Part shown: positions 51,973 through 62,313 of the stretch, one piece after another
How the letters are laid out: the number at the start of each line of letters is the position of its first letter
Position numbering within the stretch: position 1 is the first letter of the stretch
Assembly (NCBI GenBank): GCA_016840085.1
Contig: JAEOTA010000012.1
Coordinates: 64,001-128,000 of the forward strand
Length of the DNA stretch: 64,000 nucleotides
Reading direction: 5' to 3'
Source: Promethearchaeota archaeon
GTDB lineage: Archaea > Asgardarchaeota > Lokiarchaeia > Sigyniarchaeales > SOKP01
Notes under the pieces: generated by a model
What the model was told of the DNA's origin: nothing
The model's input: only the letters and a program-made list of their open reading frames with translations
Databases searched by the model: none
Translations under genes and position numbers: made by a program

Positions 51973-53091
51973 CTAAAATAGATCTATTATATTTTGTTTT
52001 ATAAAATATTCATAATTAAAGATTCTAACATTTGGCAACTCCATCAATTTCTTTCTGTTTATTATTTTGGAATATTCTTTATCATTAATAACTAAAATTA
52101 CTATGTTATATTTCGGATAAAGTTGATCAAAGACTCTTGTAAGTAGTTTATAATCAACTGTGTCAAATATTAGAAACATAAACTTATCATTAATTAAAAA
52201 TGATCTATTACTTAATCTACGATAAGAAAGTCCATCTAAGATGAGCAATTTCTCAATTTCAGCATTTATTTTTGTAAAATCTCTTTTTTCTTTACTAAGA
52301 GGGTTTGAATAAAACATTTGCTCTATATCTGTATAGGTAAGATAATTATTGGAAATATCTAACCGCCATAAGATTTTATAACAATCATTAAGCGCTAAAG
52401 CAAACGAATCTACTAAGCCACATTCAAAAAAACTATTAATCTCATATTCAAGGTTATATTCATCCCTGATATTATTTTTTTGATCGACAAAATATCCCGA
52501 AATAACCATTTGAGAATCCTTTATCATACAATTAAAAATTAAAAAACCTTGGCGTTTAAACCGTTTAATCAAATTTGTAAACTCATAAAGAAAATTTACT
52601 TTTTTTTCTAATTCATATAGATCCAACGCATAAATATCCAATATATTTAAAAATCGCTCATTCTCTATGATAAATGAGTTTGTTGATTTTAACCTATGAA
52701 TTTTGGAATTAAGATTTGTAAAACCTATTTCAAGAAAATGAAGTTCTAATTTTTTCCCATCTAGGAATATGGCAGGAATTTGCGATTCCTCAACAAACTT
52801 GGTCTTTAGGACGTTGAGAACGGCTAAAATATTTTTTTTTTCGGCGTCCATAAAACATAGAACGATATATGATTCAATCTTATTGGTTATAGATATTTGA
52901 ACTGAGAAATAATGGAGCTTCTCTTTTTGTACTAAATGTTTCAGTATAGGAAGAGCTGTATGATAATTAAAGGCCTTTATGATTGAAAAGGCAATAATCT
53001 TATTAGATCTGTTAAGACTTGTATAACAAATTAAATTATCTTCAATTTCAAATGTTCCAAGTTTATAACATCCTTTTTTTATGTATGCCAC
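51973..53091 (-). CDS. Hypothetical 372-aa soluble protein in the ATPase cluster
   Basis: Long ORF, 9 nt from the next gene; no recognised motif. Confidence 0.7.
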   Translation of the reverse strand: MAYIKKGCYKLGTFEIEDNLICYTSLNRSNKIIAFSIIKAFNYHTALPILKHLVQKEKLHYFSVQISITNKIESYIVLCFMDAEKKNILAVLNVLKTKFVEESQIPAIFLDGKKLELHFLEIGFTNLNSKIHRLKSTNSFIIENERFLNILDIYALDLYELEKKVNFLYEFTNLIKRFKRQGFLIFNCMIKDSQMVISGYFVDQKNNIRDEYNLEYEINSFFECGLVDSFALALNDCYKILWRLDISNNYLTYTDIEQMFYSNPLSKEKRDFTKINAEIEKLLILDGLSYRRLSNRSFLINDKFMFLIFDTVDYKLLTRVFDQLYPKYNIVILVINDKEYSKIINRKKLMELPNVRIFNYEYFIKQNIIDLF

Positions 53092-53134
53092 AATTTAGAG
53101 TGTCTCATTTAATAATTTTAAACTCCATGGAAAT

Positions 53135-53428
53135 TTACGCATAAAAACACAAGATAAATAACATGATTGCCAAATATATACCTACAAAAATATAAATAAA
53201 TCTAGCAAAACCGAACAAAAGTTGAAAAAACAAGAGGTTTTCTATACCTAAGAAAAGTAATGATTTATATAACGTGTTCAATAAAACTAAGAGAGGAATT
53301 AGAACAATAAGATAAAGTCCGAAAGAAAAAAACATAATTAATTGATCTGTTGCGATTACATTATACGCAAAGAGAAGTATATAAAAACCAAGTATTATTA
53401 ATATTTCAAGTATTAATATTTCGAGCAA
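53135..53428 (-). CDS. Small three-TM hydrophobic protein
   Basis: 97 aa, almost entirely hydrophobic. Confidence 0.65.
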   Translation of the reverse strand: MLEILILEILIILGFYILLFAYNVIATDQLIMFFSFGLYLIVLIPLLVLLNTLYKSLLFLGIENLLFFQLLFGFARFIYIFVGIYLAIMLFILCFYA

Positions 53429-54176
53429 TTTTATCCAACTTATTCATAATTTTTGAGGTAATTTGAAAAATAGTTTGAGCAGATCTATTTTGTTCGGCAA
53501 ATCGATATTGTTGTGCTAGATAAGAAGAATACTGTATCGCTTCCTCATAGAAGGCAAATTCAAGTTCCCTTTCTTCTATTTCAAACAATAAATCGTTAAC
53601 ATCGAAATATTTGATCCCTAAAAACTCCGCTAATCGTAAGAAAAGATAATTGATAAGGGTATTACAGCCCTCTATTACGGCAGAAGAATATCCAATTCGA
53701 TAATGATTCTCTAATTCTTGGAAACGGTGTGTTAATTTATCCAATTCAAGATTCGGCTTTGTCGGAGTATATTCTAGACTTCTACTATTCGGTGTGCGCT
53801 TTTGATATCGTAAAGAATTAGACTGATAGCTAGAAGTAGATGGTAATTGCCTATTATTCTGGATGGGTGACATTTCTCTTCTCTGATGTCTACCCCCTAT
53901 ATTAAGATTTTCGACATTTTCGATATTTTTAATATTAATATTATAATTTTCAGGACGATATTGTTTTCTTTTTTGGCGTTTCGCCTTACGTTTGCGATAT
54001 GATTTTATTGCTTTTTTTATGCTTTTTTTGATATCTTTCTTTTTTCTTTTTACAATTGGTTTAAAAATGTGCTTATACCAAGGTGCAAACTTATATTCTT
54101 TCCAATCATTAAACTTTTCTTTTTTTTCTCGTAATTTCTCAGACATGCTTTTTTTTTCATATTCCATACTATTCAC
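53406..54176 (-). CDS. Hypothetical protein with basic N-terminus and helical (HEPN-like?) C-terminal domain
   Basis: K/R-rich first 75 aa; YRIGYSSAVIEGCNTLI helical bundle with no RxxxxH motif. Confidence 0.6.
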   Translation of the reverse strand: MNSMEYEKKSMSEKLREKKEKFNDWKEYKFAPWYKHIFKPIVKRKKKDIKKSIKKAIKSYRKRKAKRQKRKQYRPENYNINIKNIENVENLNIGGRHQRREMSPIQNNRQLPSTSSYQSNSLRYQKRTPNSRSLEYTPTKPNLELDKLTHRFQELENHYRIGYSSAVIEGCNTLINYLFLRLAEFLGIKYFDVNDLLFEIEERELEFAFYEEAIQYSSYLAQQYRFAEQNRSAQTIFQITSKIMNKLDKIARNINT

Positions 54177-54177
54177 C

Positions 54178-54552
54178 TTATAATATTACATCGAATTGGT
54201 CATTAAAGCGTTTAAAAAACAATTCTAAACCAAGTTTGGTATTTTCCAAATCTTTATCTCTTTTTCTGACTAAAACCGTCTCAATTAACGTCAAAATTAG
54301 GTCAAAATCCCTAAGAGTTAAAACAGAATTCGTGTAATTCATATCATTTCCCTCAGTTAAATTATATTGTTCATATAATTTATCTATTATTCTTAAAATA
54401 TCCTTGTTTAATCTCGTTTGCACTTTATCGTCAAATGTATACCAGAATTCGTGATAGAGCTTCTCCACAGAAATAATAAGATTTTCAATATTGGAAATTT
54501 TGAATATTGAAAATGAGGCTTTTTTTTTTGTATCTTTATCATATAATTTCAT
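54178..54552 (-). CDS. Hypothetical protein
   Basis: Tight operon spacing. Confidence 0.65.
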   Translation of the reverse strand: MKLYDKDTKKKASFSIFKISNIENLIISVEKLYHEFWYTFDDKVQTRLNKDILRIIDKLYEQYNLTEGNDMNYTNSVLTLRDFDLILTLIETVLVRKRDKDLENTKLGLELFFKRFNDQFDVIL

Positions 54553-54559
54553 TTATTTA

Positions 54560-54967
54560 CTATTCCCTCTCATTAGTTTTGTGTGATTCAGGAAAACAAT
54601 CAGATATATATTTTAGGGCGGTGTGAGACTCATATTCTTTATTAAGGATATCTTTCATTATCTTCATACATTTTGACGTAAAACTCTTCTTAGAGATCGA
54701 ACGCTTTAGAGACTTTATTTTCTTTTTTATTTCTTTTAGCTCAGACACATACATAATACCTGTCTTAAAGGGATTAATCTTTGAATCAAATGGAATCTCG
54801 TATCTAAGAACATCTGATATTTTCTCTATTAAACTTGGTATCTTTTCACCTTGTTTTTCTCTAATCTTTTGGTTATTGCGATAAATCTCCATTAGAGTTT
54901 TCAAAAGATTCTGAAAAGGTTTTATTTCGAATATAACCCATTTAATTTCACATTTTCTCATCATCAT
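54560..54967 (-). CDS. Hypothetical protein
   Basis: Overlaps the stop of the upstream ORF (ATGA). Confidence 0.6.
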   Translation of the reverse strand: MMMRKCEIKWVIFEIKPFQNLLKTLMEIYRNNQKIREKQGEKIPSLIEKISDVLRYEIPFDSKINPFKTGIMYVSELKEIKKKIKSLKRSISKKSFTSKCMKIMKDILNKEYESHTALKYISDCFPESHKTNERE

Positions 54968-55659
54968 CGCTCTTGTTGTCTATAATAAATATCTTCAATA
55001 TTTTTATGTCGCCCGTATTTTTTGTTGAGCATCTCTCTTACCAGTTCATCATCGCTCTTCATAAGTAATTCTTTATTTGTTATTTTCTTCTTTAATTGCT
55101 TAATCTCTTTTTTAATATCTTTTAAATCAGAGGATTTTGCAGACCTACCTCTTTTACCTCGCCTTCCTCTCTTTCCTCTTTTACCCCTTTTAGGTTTGTC
55201 CCTTTTTCTTTTATCTTTTTTTCGTTCTATATCTTTTTTATCATCTGTATCTTCCTTATCATCTCTTTTTTTTCCATCATCTTTATCTTCCCTTCGTTTT
55301 CTATCAAGCTCTTCGCCTTTAATATCTCTTTCTGAAGGAGTATCTTCTATTTGCTTATGCTCCTTTTCTCCCAAATATTCATTATAGTTCTTATCCTCTT
55401 GGATATTTTCTAAATCTGTATCAGATAATGATTCTCTTTCTTCCAAAGGCTCATATGTATTATCATTTTCGAAGAATTTCATAGATTCTTCCTCTGAAAG
55501 TGGTTCATACTTATCGGACTCTTTATCAGAATCATTATCAAATAGACTCTCGTCTGTTTCATCGAAATCCTTATCATCCTCATTATCGAAAAGATCTTCT
55601 GAATCTTCTTCAAAAAAGTCATCCGTATTATCATCATAATCTTCTTCAAAATCAGCCAT
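54964..55659 (-). CDS. Disordered protein with acidic N-terminal half and basic KRG-repeat C-terminal half
   Basis: D/E-rich first 110 aa; KRGKRGKRGRRGKRGR. Confidence 0.72.
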   Translation of the reverse strand: MADFEEDYDDNTDDFFEEDSEDLFDNEDDKDFDETDESLFDNDSDKESDKYEPLSEEESMKFFENDNTYEPLEERESLSDTDLENIQEDKNYNEYLGEKEHKQIEDTPSERDIKGEELDRKRREDKDDGKKRDDKEDTDDKKDIERKKDKRKRDKPKRGKRGKRGRRGKRGRSAKSSDLKDIKKEIKQLKKKITNKELLMKSDDELVREMLNKKYGRHKNIEDIYYRQQER

Positions 55660-55730
55660 TTTAATATACCCTTATAATTCTTTATCTACTTTTGTTGTTT
55701 TGAAATAATCTTAAATACACCTTGAAATTT

Positions 55731-58355
55731 TCAATCTGTTTTAGCAAAAAAATTATCATAAGATAATTCCTTTCTTTTTTTACGTTTGTAAACAAAATCT
55801 TCAGTTTTGAAAAGATACGAATATGAACCGTCTTTTGCCATACAAATCCGTTTATCTAAACGAGAAATTAATTCTTGTTCTTTTAAATCATTAGTGAAAT
55901 TCTGAGTGCTTGCAATAGACTGCTGAAATAAGAAGAACAAACAAGGAATATTGATTACAGATTCGTATAACCCCACGCTTGTTTGATCAGCTAATATATG
56001 CCCCACTCCTTTCGAGCGAAACTCACGAATTAACTGTGAAAAAATCTTCCTGAAAGAATCCATTGCAATATAATCATCATCTTCAGGATTAACATTTTTA
56101 GGCTCTTCTGTTAATTGATGTGCTTCATCTAATACTATAATTTGTTTTAGAGTGTCCTGTTCTTTATCTGGAATAAGGGCCCTAAACATTTGTAATATTA
56201 ATGTTGCTAACAATCGCTTTTCAGTAGGTTTGCATCCTGCTAAATTAATCATTACTTTTCTTCCGTTATATACAACGTCCTCAAACCATTTAGGTATTTT
56301 ATCTTCTGTTCTTAATGCATAGTTTATCAAAGGAGTTGAGAAAAGTTGAGTATATCTATGTTTTATTGCTTGCACTAATCTCATCTGAAGCCGTGTATCA
56401 TAAGGATTTTTATCTAAATACCGTAAAAGCTCACTAAAAAGATGTTTGATATGCTTTGGTACTTTGAAATAAGTGTTATAATATAATAACAGTGTATTGT
56501 ATATTGCATCAACAACAACATTCTTTAAACCAAGTGAATAAACAAGGCATTCTGATATTTCAAATAGACAACGGAGAAAATTATCGTTAAAAACAGCATA
56601 CGGAATGTGAAGTCTCTCGTCTCCCCAATCTAAGCAATAATCTGAAGGATATAATTCAGATTGTTTTCCTTTAGCAAGATTAATTATCAATATACCTACA
56701 TTTAGATTATATTTAATGAAATGATTCAATATAACACCTATTAAATATGTTTTTCCAGTATCAGGTTTACCGATCATTAGAACGGAACGTCTTAATGACT
56801 CAGTTGAGATTGTTGCTTTTTTCTCAGAAACGATTCCGTCCATGATATGGTTTCCAATGATAATTTCAGAAGGATCTCCTTTTGGTATTTTCTTAAGGTC
56901 AAAACTCTGAAGTTCATAAATAAACTTTTTAGGTATAGGTAATTCTTTAGCAAGATCAAAATCGAGTAAATAAGAAGTGATATACTGCCCAAAGTAAAAG
57001 TTTAATGTATAGATATCGATAAATACACCTTTTCTTACTCGCTTTAGTTTTGCGGGTCGTTTATCATTTCTTCCTGCAATTGCCAAACTTTCTAATATGC
57101 CTTCGATCATATTTTTTCGATTTTTTTCCAGGGGAACATTTTTGAAACTAACAAAAATTTTTACTTTTTGCAACTCATCTTGCCACATTCGTGAAAAATT
57201 CATACGTTCTTCCTTATCGCGATATTCAAGAAAGTTGGCTTTTTCTCTTATTCGGATAATCTTTTTCTTTCGTCCTTTTTTCCATAATATATATAGATTT
57301 ATATCTTCAGAAGTAGTTCTGAAGGCATTAATAAAACTCTGTATAATTTTAATCTTTTCTATATATGGTGGTCTCGGAAGCTTAATTTCATAAAAATAAT
57401 CATGATTTACTGAGAATAATTCGTTCCGAGTCATGGGAATTATATTTATTTCTGCATCCAATCCACGATATTTGACCTGTAATTCTGCTTTAAGGGTCTG
57501 TCCTCTTTTAATTGCTAATTTTTCTGAATGTGAATTAAAAAAAAATGAAAACTTGAAATCGTTATGGCATTTAACTTCAATCCCATACACACTGTTATTT
57601 CCCAATAAATCCTTTATCCAACTCTCATAATAATCATATTGATATTTTTTATTGTCTGATTCATGTTCTAAGGCTACTTGAGTAATTGTGATTTTGCTTT
57701 GCCAAAATAAGATCTTTTTAAGATGTGAGTTAGAACTTGCTCCTTTCAAGAAACACAATTGAATACTGTGAAAATACGAATATAATAATCTGTAAACTGG
57801 TTCATAAAAAAACAGAGTTAAAAAAGATTGAAGAATAATTGAATAAATAACAACTTCAATAAAGCCTTGAATAGTGGCAAAATAAAATAAAAACGACAGC
57901 GAAATAACACCACTTAGAAATTTGATGATAAATTCTATTTCTGGTGTAAATACTATTAGAAAAATAATAGTGAGTATTAAAATAGTAATAGAACTGTAAA
58001 AGAAATCCCCATTTATAGTTAAAACTATGATATGACAAAAAAAGGCGATAATTAAAGGATATACCCTTGCTAAATCGACTCTTTTATTACTATTATTTAA
58101 GAAATAAAGAGCTATACAAAATGTAAATATTAGAGCCCTTTCACATTCAAAGATCGTTATAAATGTTGGATCATCATAATTCATAATATGAATGCGTATT
58201 ATTGAAAACAGAATTACGAAAAGAAAGAGTATAAACAAAAGAAAAATGCGACTCCTCCCTTTTTCTACTAGAAATGAATGGATAAAACTAACGATTAGAA
58301 TAATTATAAGAAGGATAGCAATAGAATCAAATAAAGTAAATATCATATCATACAC
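55731..58355 (-). CDS. Membrane-anchored HerA/VirB4/VirD4 (FtsK-HerA superfamily) ATPase
   Basis: About 6-7 N-terminal TM segments; Walker A GKPDTGKT; Walker B IIVLDEAH; REFRSKGVGHILADQ. Confidence 0.87.
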   Translation of the reverse strand: MYDMIFTLFDSIAILLIIILIVSFIHSFLVEKGRSRIFLLFILFLFVILFSIIRIHIMNYDDPTFITIFECERALIFTFCIALYFLNNSNKRVDLARVYPLIIAFFCHIIVLTINGDFFYSSITILILTIIFLIVFTPEIEFIIKFLSGVISLSFLFYFATIQGFIEVVIYSIILQSFLTLFFYEPVYRLLYSYFHSIQLCFLKGASSNSHLKKILFWQSKITITQVALEHESDNKKYQYDYYESWIKDLLGNNSVYGIEVKCHNDFKFSFFFNSHSEKLAIKRGQTLKAELQVKYRGLDAEINIIPMTRNELFSVNHDYFYEIKLPRPPYIEKIKIIQSFINAFRTTSEDINLYILWKKGRKKKIIRIREKANFLEYRDKEERMNFSRMWQDELQKVKIFVSFKNVPLEKNRKNMIEGILESLAIAGRNDKRPAKLKRVRKGVFIDIYTLNFYFGQYITSYLLDFDLAKELPIPKKFIYELQSFDLKKIPKGDPSEIIIGNHIMDGIVSEKKATISTESLRRSVLMIGKPDTGKTYLIGVILNHFIKYNLNVGILIINLAKGKQSELYPSDYCLDWGDERLHIPYAVFNDNFLRCLFEISECLVYSLGLKNVVVDAIYNTLLLYYNTYFKVPKHIKHLFSELLRYLDKNPYDTRLQMRLVQAIKHRYTQLFSTPLINYALRTEDKIPKWFEDVVYNGRKVMINLAGCKPTEKRLLATLILQMFRALIPDKEQDTLKQIIVLDEAHQLTEEPKNVNPEDDDYIAMDSFRKIFSQLIREFRSKGVGHILADQTSVGLYESVINIPCLFFLFQQSIASTQNFTNDLKEQELISRLDKRICMAKDGSYSYLFKTEDFVYKRKKRKELSYDNFFAKTD

Positions 58356-58666
58356 TTATCAGGTCCTTATATACTTATTGTCGACATGTAATTATAAAAA
58401 CCAATTGAATTTAATAAAAACCTATAACCGAATATTAATCTCTTTTGATATGATTTCTATTGTTTGCTAATACATTTCATACAATTCACTGTAAGATTTT
58501 TTTTAGCTTTTAATAATTTTCCTTAACGCGAAGTGAATCAAGGAAAATGGGAGTGAAGAATTTGCGGATATACTACTCATCTAATAATCATATGTTTAGC
58601 ATACTGAGAGATAAATAATAATCAATTTAAATGGGAGTTTTTATAATTTTTTTTGGATATTAAGAT

Positions 58667-59095
58667 ATGTCAAACATGTTTATAGGCACTGAATTAGCTT
58701 TTGTTGATATTCTCATTTTGCTTCTTATAACCGTTTTGGATTTTCTCTTTTATTATTATAAAAAGAGATCTAAAGAAGTGAAAATATTGAAATATTCAAT
58801 TCCTACAATTTTGATTGGATTGGTGATACTTTTAGCGGTTAAAGACACGGTTCAGGATTACTTTTTCCTTATATCAATTGGCATGCTTTCTATATTTTAT
58901 ATTTATGTTCTGCAAGCAAATTATAAGCCTTTTAAGAGAAAATCAAAGGGAATAAAATATAATATAACCTCTGAATCAGAACATGATTTTGATTTTAAAA
59001 CTGAGATTGAGCAAGAGGATATTGAAGTTTCTAAAAGCGACTCAGATGAGTTTGATCAATTAATTGAACGAATATACGATAGAGATACCAAATAG
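58667..59095 (+). CDS. Three-TM protein with acidic tail
   Basis: Three hydrophobic segments; D/E-rich C-terminus. Confidence 0.65.
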   Translation: MSNMFIGTELAFVDILILLLITVLDFLFYYYKKRSKEVKILKYSIPTILIGLVILLAVKDTVQDYFFLISIGMLSIFYIYVLQANYKPFKRKSKGIKYNITSESEHDFDFKTEIEQEDIEVSKSDSDEFDQLIERIYDRDTK

Positions 59096-59116
59096 GAAAA
59101 ATAAACCTTTTTCTGC

Positions 59117-59722
59117 TTAAAGCATTTTAAATTTTAGACCATTCATAATTGTGAACGGTAGCGTAAATCCGCATATAATTGATCCTATCAGTCCTATGAT
59201 TATAAAATTGAAAGGCTTCCATTTTGTATGTAAAATCCTTTCATTATAAATAAGCAGAAAGACACCATATGCAAGAAGAAAAAAGCATAATAATGAAATA
59301 AATCCTAAAAAATAAAGAAAGAACTTATCAATTAATAAAACCTCTACCTCTCCCTCTTTAATTTGTGCGTAAAAAAGATCCAAATCCGAACTGAATATAT
59401 ACTTATATATAAATGGAGCAGGAAGAGATGTCGTGAGTGAATCTAGAAGCATAATTAAGATATTAGTTAGGAATAACACCCCAATAACCACACATCCGAT
59501 CATTCCCCCCCTCCCATACTTTTTCGAAGAAGATAAAGCATATGAATGGATCTTTTCATTATTTTCTTTCAGTTTTGAACCTTTATATAACGAATAAAAT
59601 AAAAAGAGAAACCATGCAAAAAAGATGTAATTTCCCAAGAAAAAGACAATTGAAAATAATTGATTAAAGAAATTAAAAACATCATCAAACCATTCGGACA
59701 TATTAGGAAGAACATCTGTCAT
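59117..59722 (-). CDS. Four-TM membrane protein
   Basis: Four hydrophobic segments; 22 nt downstream of the pilin-like ORF. Confidence 0.7.
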   Translation of the reverse strand: MTDVLPNMSEWFDDVFNFFNQLFSIVFFLGNYIFFAWFLFLFYSLYKGSKLKENNEKIHSYALSSSKKYGRGGMIGCVVIGVLFLTNILIMLLDSLTTSLPAPFIYKYIFSSDLDLFYAQIKEGEVEVLLIDKFFLYFLGFISLLCFFLLAYGVFLLIYNERILHTKWKPFNFIIIGLIGSIICGFTLPFTIMNGLKFKML

Positions 59723-59744
59723 TTTTTAAAATCACATCATCAAA

Positions 59745-59909
59745 TCAAAAAAACGGCAGTAAACACGCCCCTTCCCCTAAGAAAAATTCACTCAAATTGA
59801 ACATTTCACCAGTAAGAATATCAATTAAGTCTGTAACAATTTTAACTATCAAAAAGAAAACGAAAATCGCGAATGCTATTAACAATCCTTTTTCGATCAA
59901 ACTACCCAA
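59745..59909 (-). CDS. Unannotated 54-aa Flp/type IV pilin-like protein
   Basis: TTG start; MGSLIEKGLLIAFAIFVFFLIVKIVTDLIDILTGEMFNLSEFFLGEGACLLPFF*; lies directly downstream of the GspF/TadBC gene. Confidence 0.6.
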   Translation of the reverse strand: MGSLIEKGLLIAFAIFVFFLIVKIVTDLIDILTGEMFNLSEFFLGEGACLLPFF

Positions 59910-59975
59910 TTAAATCAACTTTTTTCCTATATTCATCATAATTGTGAACATAAAATAATTTAAACCAAACCAATT

Positions 59976-61502
59976 TCAAATCAATTCAATCCCAAGAACA
60001 CTAAAGAAGGAAAGAAAGAATGCTAACGCAAACACAATATCACTGAGAATAAGAATTATATAATATGACTTGTATTTTGTAATTTTGAGAAAATAAAAAC
60101 ATGTAATCGAATTGCATGCAAAAAATGTAAGAAACATAACGATTGCATTAATAATATTTGTCATAGAGCGATAGTCAGGAATAGTCATATTAGCAAAATT
60201 TCTTAGATTAAATGTGAATATTGCAAAAAAAGGCAACATTCCGCATATAGCCCCCGTTATCACGGGTAAGAGCAAGATGAAAGCAAGTACTTTGAACCTT
60301 TGAGATCGTATTTCCCCTTCAAACTTATCTTCTAACTTTCGATGTTTATCAATCAAACTTAAAATCTCAAAGATCTTTTCGGAAGATAAATACGCACTTT
60401 CTTCAACCATGATCTTTATCGTATCCAGGATTAAAATATATCTTAAATTCTTCAGGATAAATTTTAAGGAATCTATCATTTCATTGAACGAGCAAGTAAG
60501 TTTTCCCAACTGTATAGCATGATTACCAACAGTATGTTCTAATAGCTGAAATTGAGACTTTTTTTCAGAATAATAATTGATGAACGCTCTTTCAGGAGAG
60601 ATATTGTTGTTTAGCCGAATTGCAAATCCTTCTAAAAATTTTAAAAACTGTTCGAATGTTCTTTTTTCCATTTTTGTTCCTTCTAATATCCCTATAAAGA
60701 AAATATTAATCTTTACAAGTCTACGGCAGAGATATCTAAGTAAGAATAAAAAAATTGGTACAATTACAATTACAAGAAATAAGGGAATTTGCATCATTAA
60801 TACAAAAAAGATTACGCCAATAGGGAAAAATATACCCACAAAAAACACCACCGATAGTTTTCCCTCTAGCCCTTTCAGATAAGTTTTAAATTGCTTTTCT
60901 AATTCATAATCTCTTACACTTTCTTGAATACTAGATGTTTTAAAATGACTAGTAATTAATTTCTGCAAATATAAATTAAAATCGGATGAAGGGGTTAATA
61001 CTTTTTCCAATTCTTTTTCAGGACTTTTCCCCCGCTGCACCTTATCTAAAATTTCTTTGAATAATCCTGAGAACACCAAATCTAACCCACTCATCAACTT
61101 AATAAAGCTTAAACATAAATCCGATCTTGGAGTAAGGACTTTTTGCAAGAGTGAGAAATTAATTTTTATGAAATATATTGAAGCGTTAATCGACACCTCA
61201 TCTTTATTGATTCTTTTGTAAAGATATAGATTGAAATTATACGCCACTATTACTGCAATACAGAGAGAACAGACACTATTAATCAAAATATCATTTCCTA
61301 ACAATAGAAAAGAGATTAATATTGAACCGATAAGCGAGATTATGAAAATAATGGTTGTTGCTTTATCGATTGCCGATTTACTAACTCCATATTCTCGATA
61401 CAGTTTTCTATAAACATCATTGATATCTTTAAAACTAATTTTGGGAATCTGGTATCTCTCGAATCTATTACAAAATCTTACAAAATCTTGAATATCAGTC
61501 AA
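59976..61502 (-). CDS. GspF/TadB-TadC/ArlJ-like membrane platform protein (two domains)
   Basis: Two cytoplasmic domains (ILDKVQRGKSPEKEL; LNNNISPERAF), each followed by TM bundles. Confidence 0.75.
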   Translation of the reverse strand: MTDIQDFVRFCNRFERYQIPKISFKDINDVYRKLYREYGVSKSAIDKATTIIFIISLIGSILISFLLLGNDILINSVCSLCIAVIVAYNFNLYLYKRINKDEVSINASIYFIKINFSLLQKVLTPRSDLCLSFIKLMSGLDLVFSGLFKEILDKVQRGKSPEKELEKVLTPSSDFNLYLQKLITSHFKTSSIQESVRDYELEKQFKTYLKGLEGKLSVVFFVGIFFPIGVIFFVLMMQIPLFLVIVIVPIFLFLLRYLCRRLVKINIFFIGILEGTKMEKRTFEQFLKFLEGFAIRLNNNISPERAFINYYSEKKSQFQLLEHTVGNHAIQLGKLTCSFNEMIDSLKFILKNLRYILILDTIKIMVEESAYLSSEKIFEILSLIDKHRKLEDKFEGEIRSQRFKVLAFILLLPVITGAICGMLPFFAIFTFNLRNFANMTIPDYRSMTNIINAIVMFLTFFACNSITCFYFLKITKYKSYYIILILSDIVFALAFFLSFFSVLGIELI

Positions 61503-61564
61503 ATAAATTCCTATTAATATTTTTATATACTTTCATAAAAATATGTTAAAAATTCCCCCATTTT

Positions 61565-61855
61565 TTATGATGTTTTAGCTTTGAAATCCTTTTTTAAACG
61601 CTCATATTGTTCAATTCCCGCTAGGGCACCTTGTAATAAATGATAGATTTCATTCATACGCATAAACTCAGTAAAATAGGGGCAGAAATTCTGACCTTGC
61701 AACCCCTTCTTCTCAAATTTAGTGGAAAACACCAGTTTATATAATCTTCTTTTATCATGTTTGTAGGGGTAAAGATTAAGCGAATTTCGAGGCAAATCTA
61801 ACATTTTTTCGATAAGGGAAATCTTATTTAAAAGCATTTGTTTAGTATATTTCAT
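61565..61855 (-). CDS. Hypothetical protein
   Basis: 96-aa ORF, co-oriented with the cluster. Confidence 0.55.
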   Translation of the reverse strand: MKYTKQMLLNKISLIEKMLDLPRNSLNLYPYKHDKRRLYKLVFSTKFEKKGLQGQNFCPYFTEFMRMNEIYHLLQGALAGIEQYERLKKDFKAKTS

Positions 61856-61971
61856 TTTTTTTTATCTTCTTTTTATTTCATCTATCTTATCATCTTAAAA
61901 AAGACATAAAAATCCAACCTCTTTTTATCATTTTTAGAGAGGTTTTTAAGTTGAATGTAGAATGATAATAT

Positions 61972-62313
61972 ATGATAGAAGGCAAAAATTTACTTGAATT
62001 AATTCTTACATATGATCACTTTTTATCCCCTATTCAATACAAAATATTAGAGGTGTTATGGGAGCATGAAGATCTCACACGAGCGGATTTAGTTAAACTT
62101 TTAAATACACCAAGAACAACCGTTTATGATAATCTTGTTAAACTTGAGAAAATGGGCTTTATTAAAAACTTTACAAGAGATACAGGTATAAAAGGACGAC
62201 CCAAAGTCTATTGGGCTCTTAATTATATAACCCTTCTAAAAAAATTATCAGAAATTAAAAAAGAATCAAAAATAAAAAGGCGACTAAAGAGTGGACAATC
62301 TTTACGAAATTGA
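61972..62313 (+). CDS. TrmB-like winged-HTH regulator
   Basis: LTRADLVKLLNTPRTTVYDNLVKLEKMGFI...GRPKVYW. Confidence 0.85.
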   Translation: MIEGKNLLELILTYDHFLSPIQYKILEVLWEHEDLTRADLVKLLNTPRTTVYDNLVKLEKMGFIKNFTRDTGIKGRPKVYWALNYITLLKKLSEIKKESKIKRRLKSGQSLRN

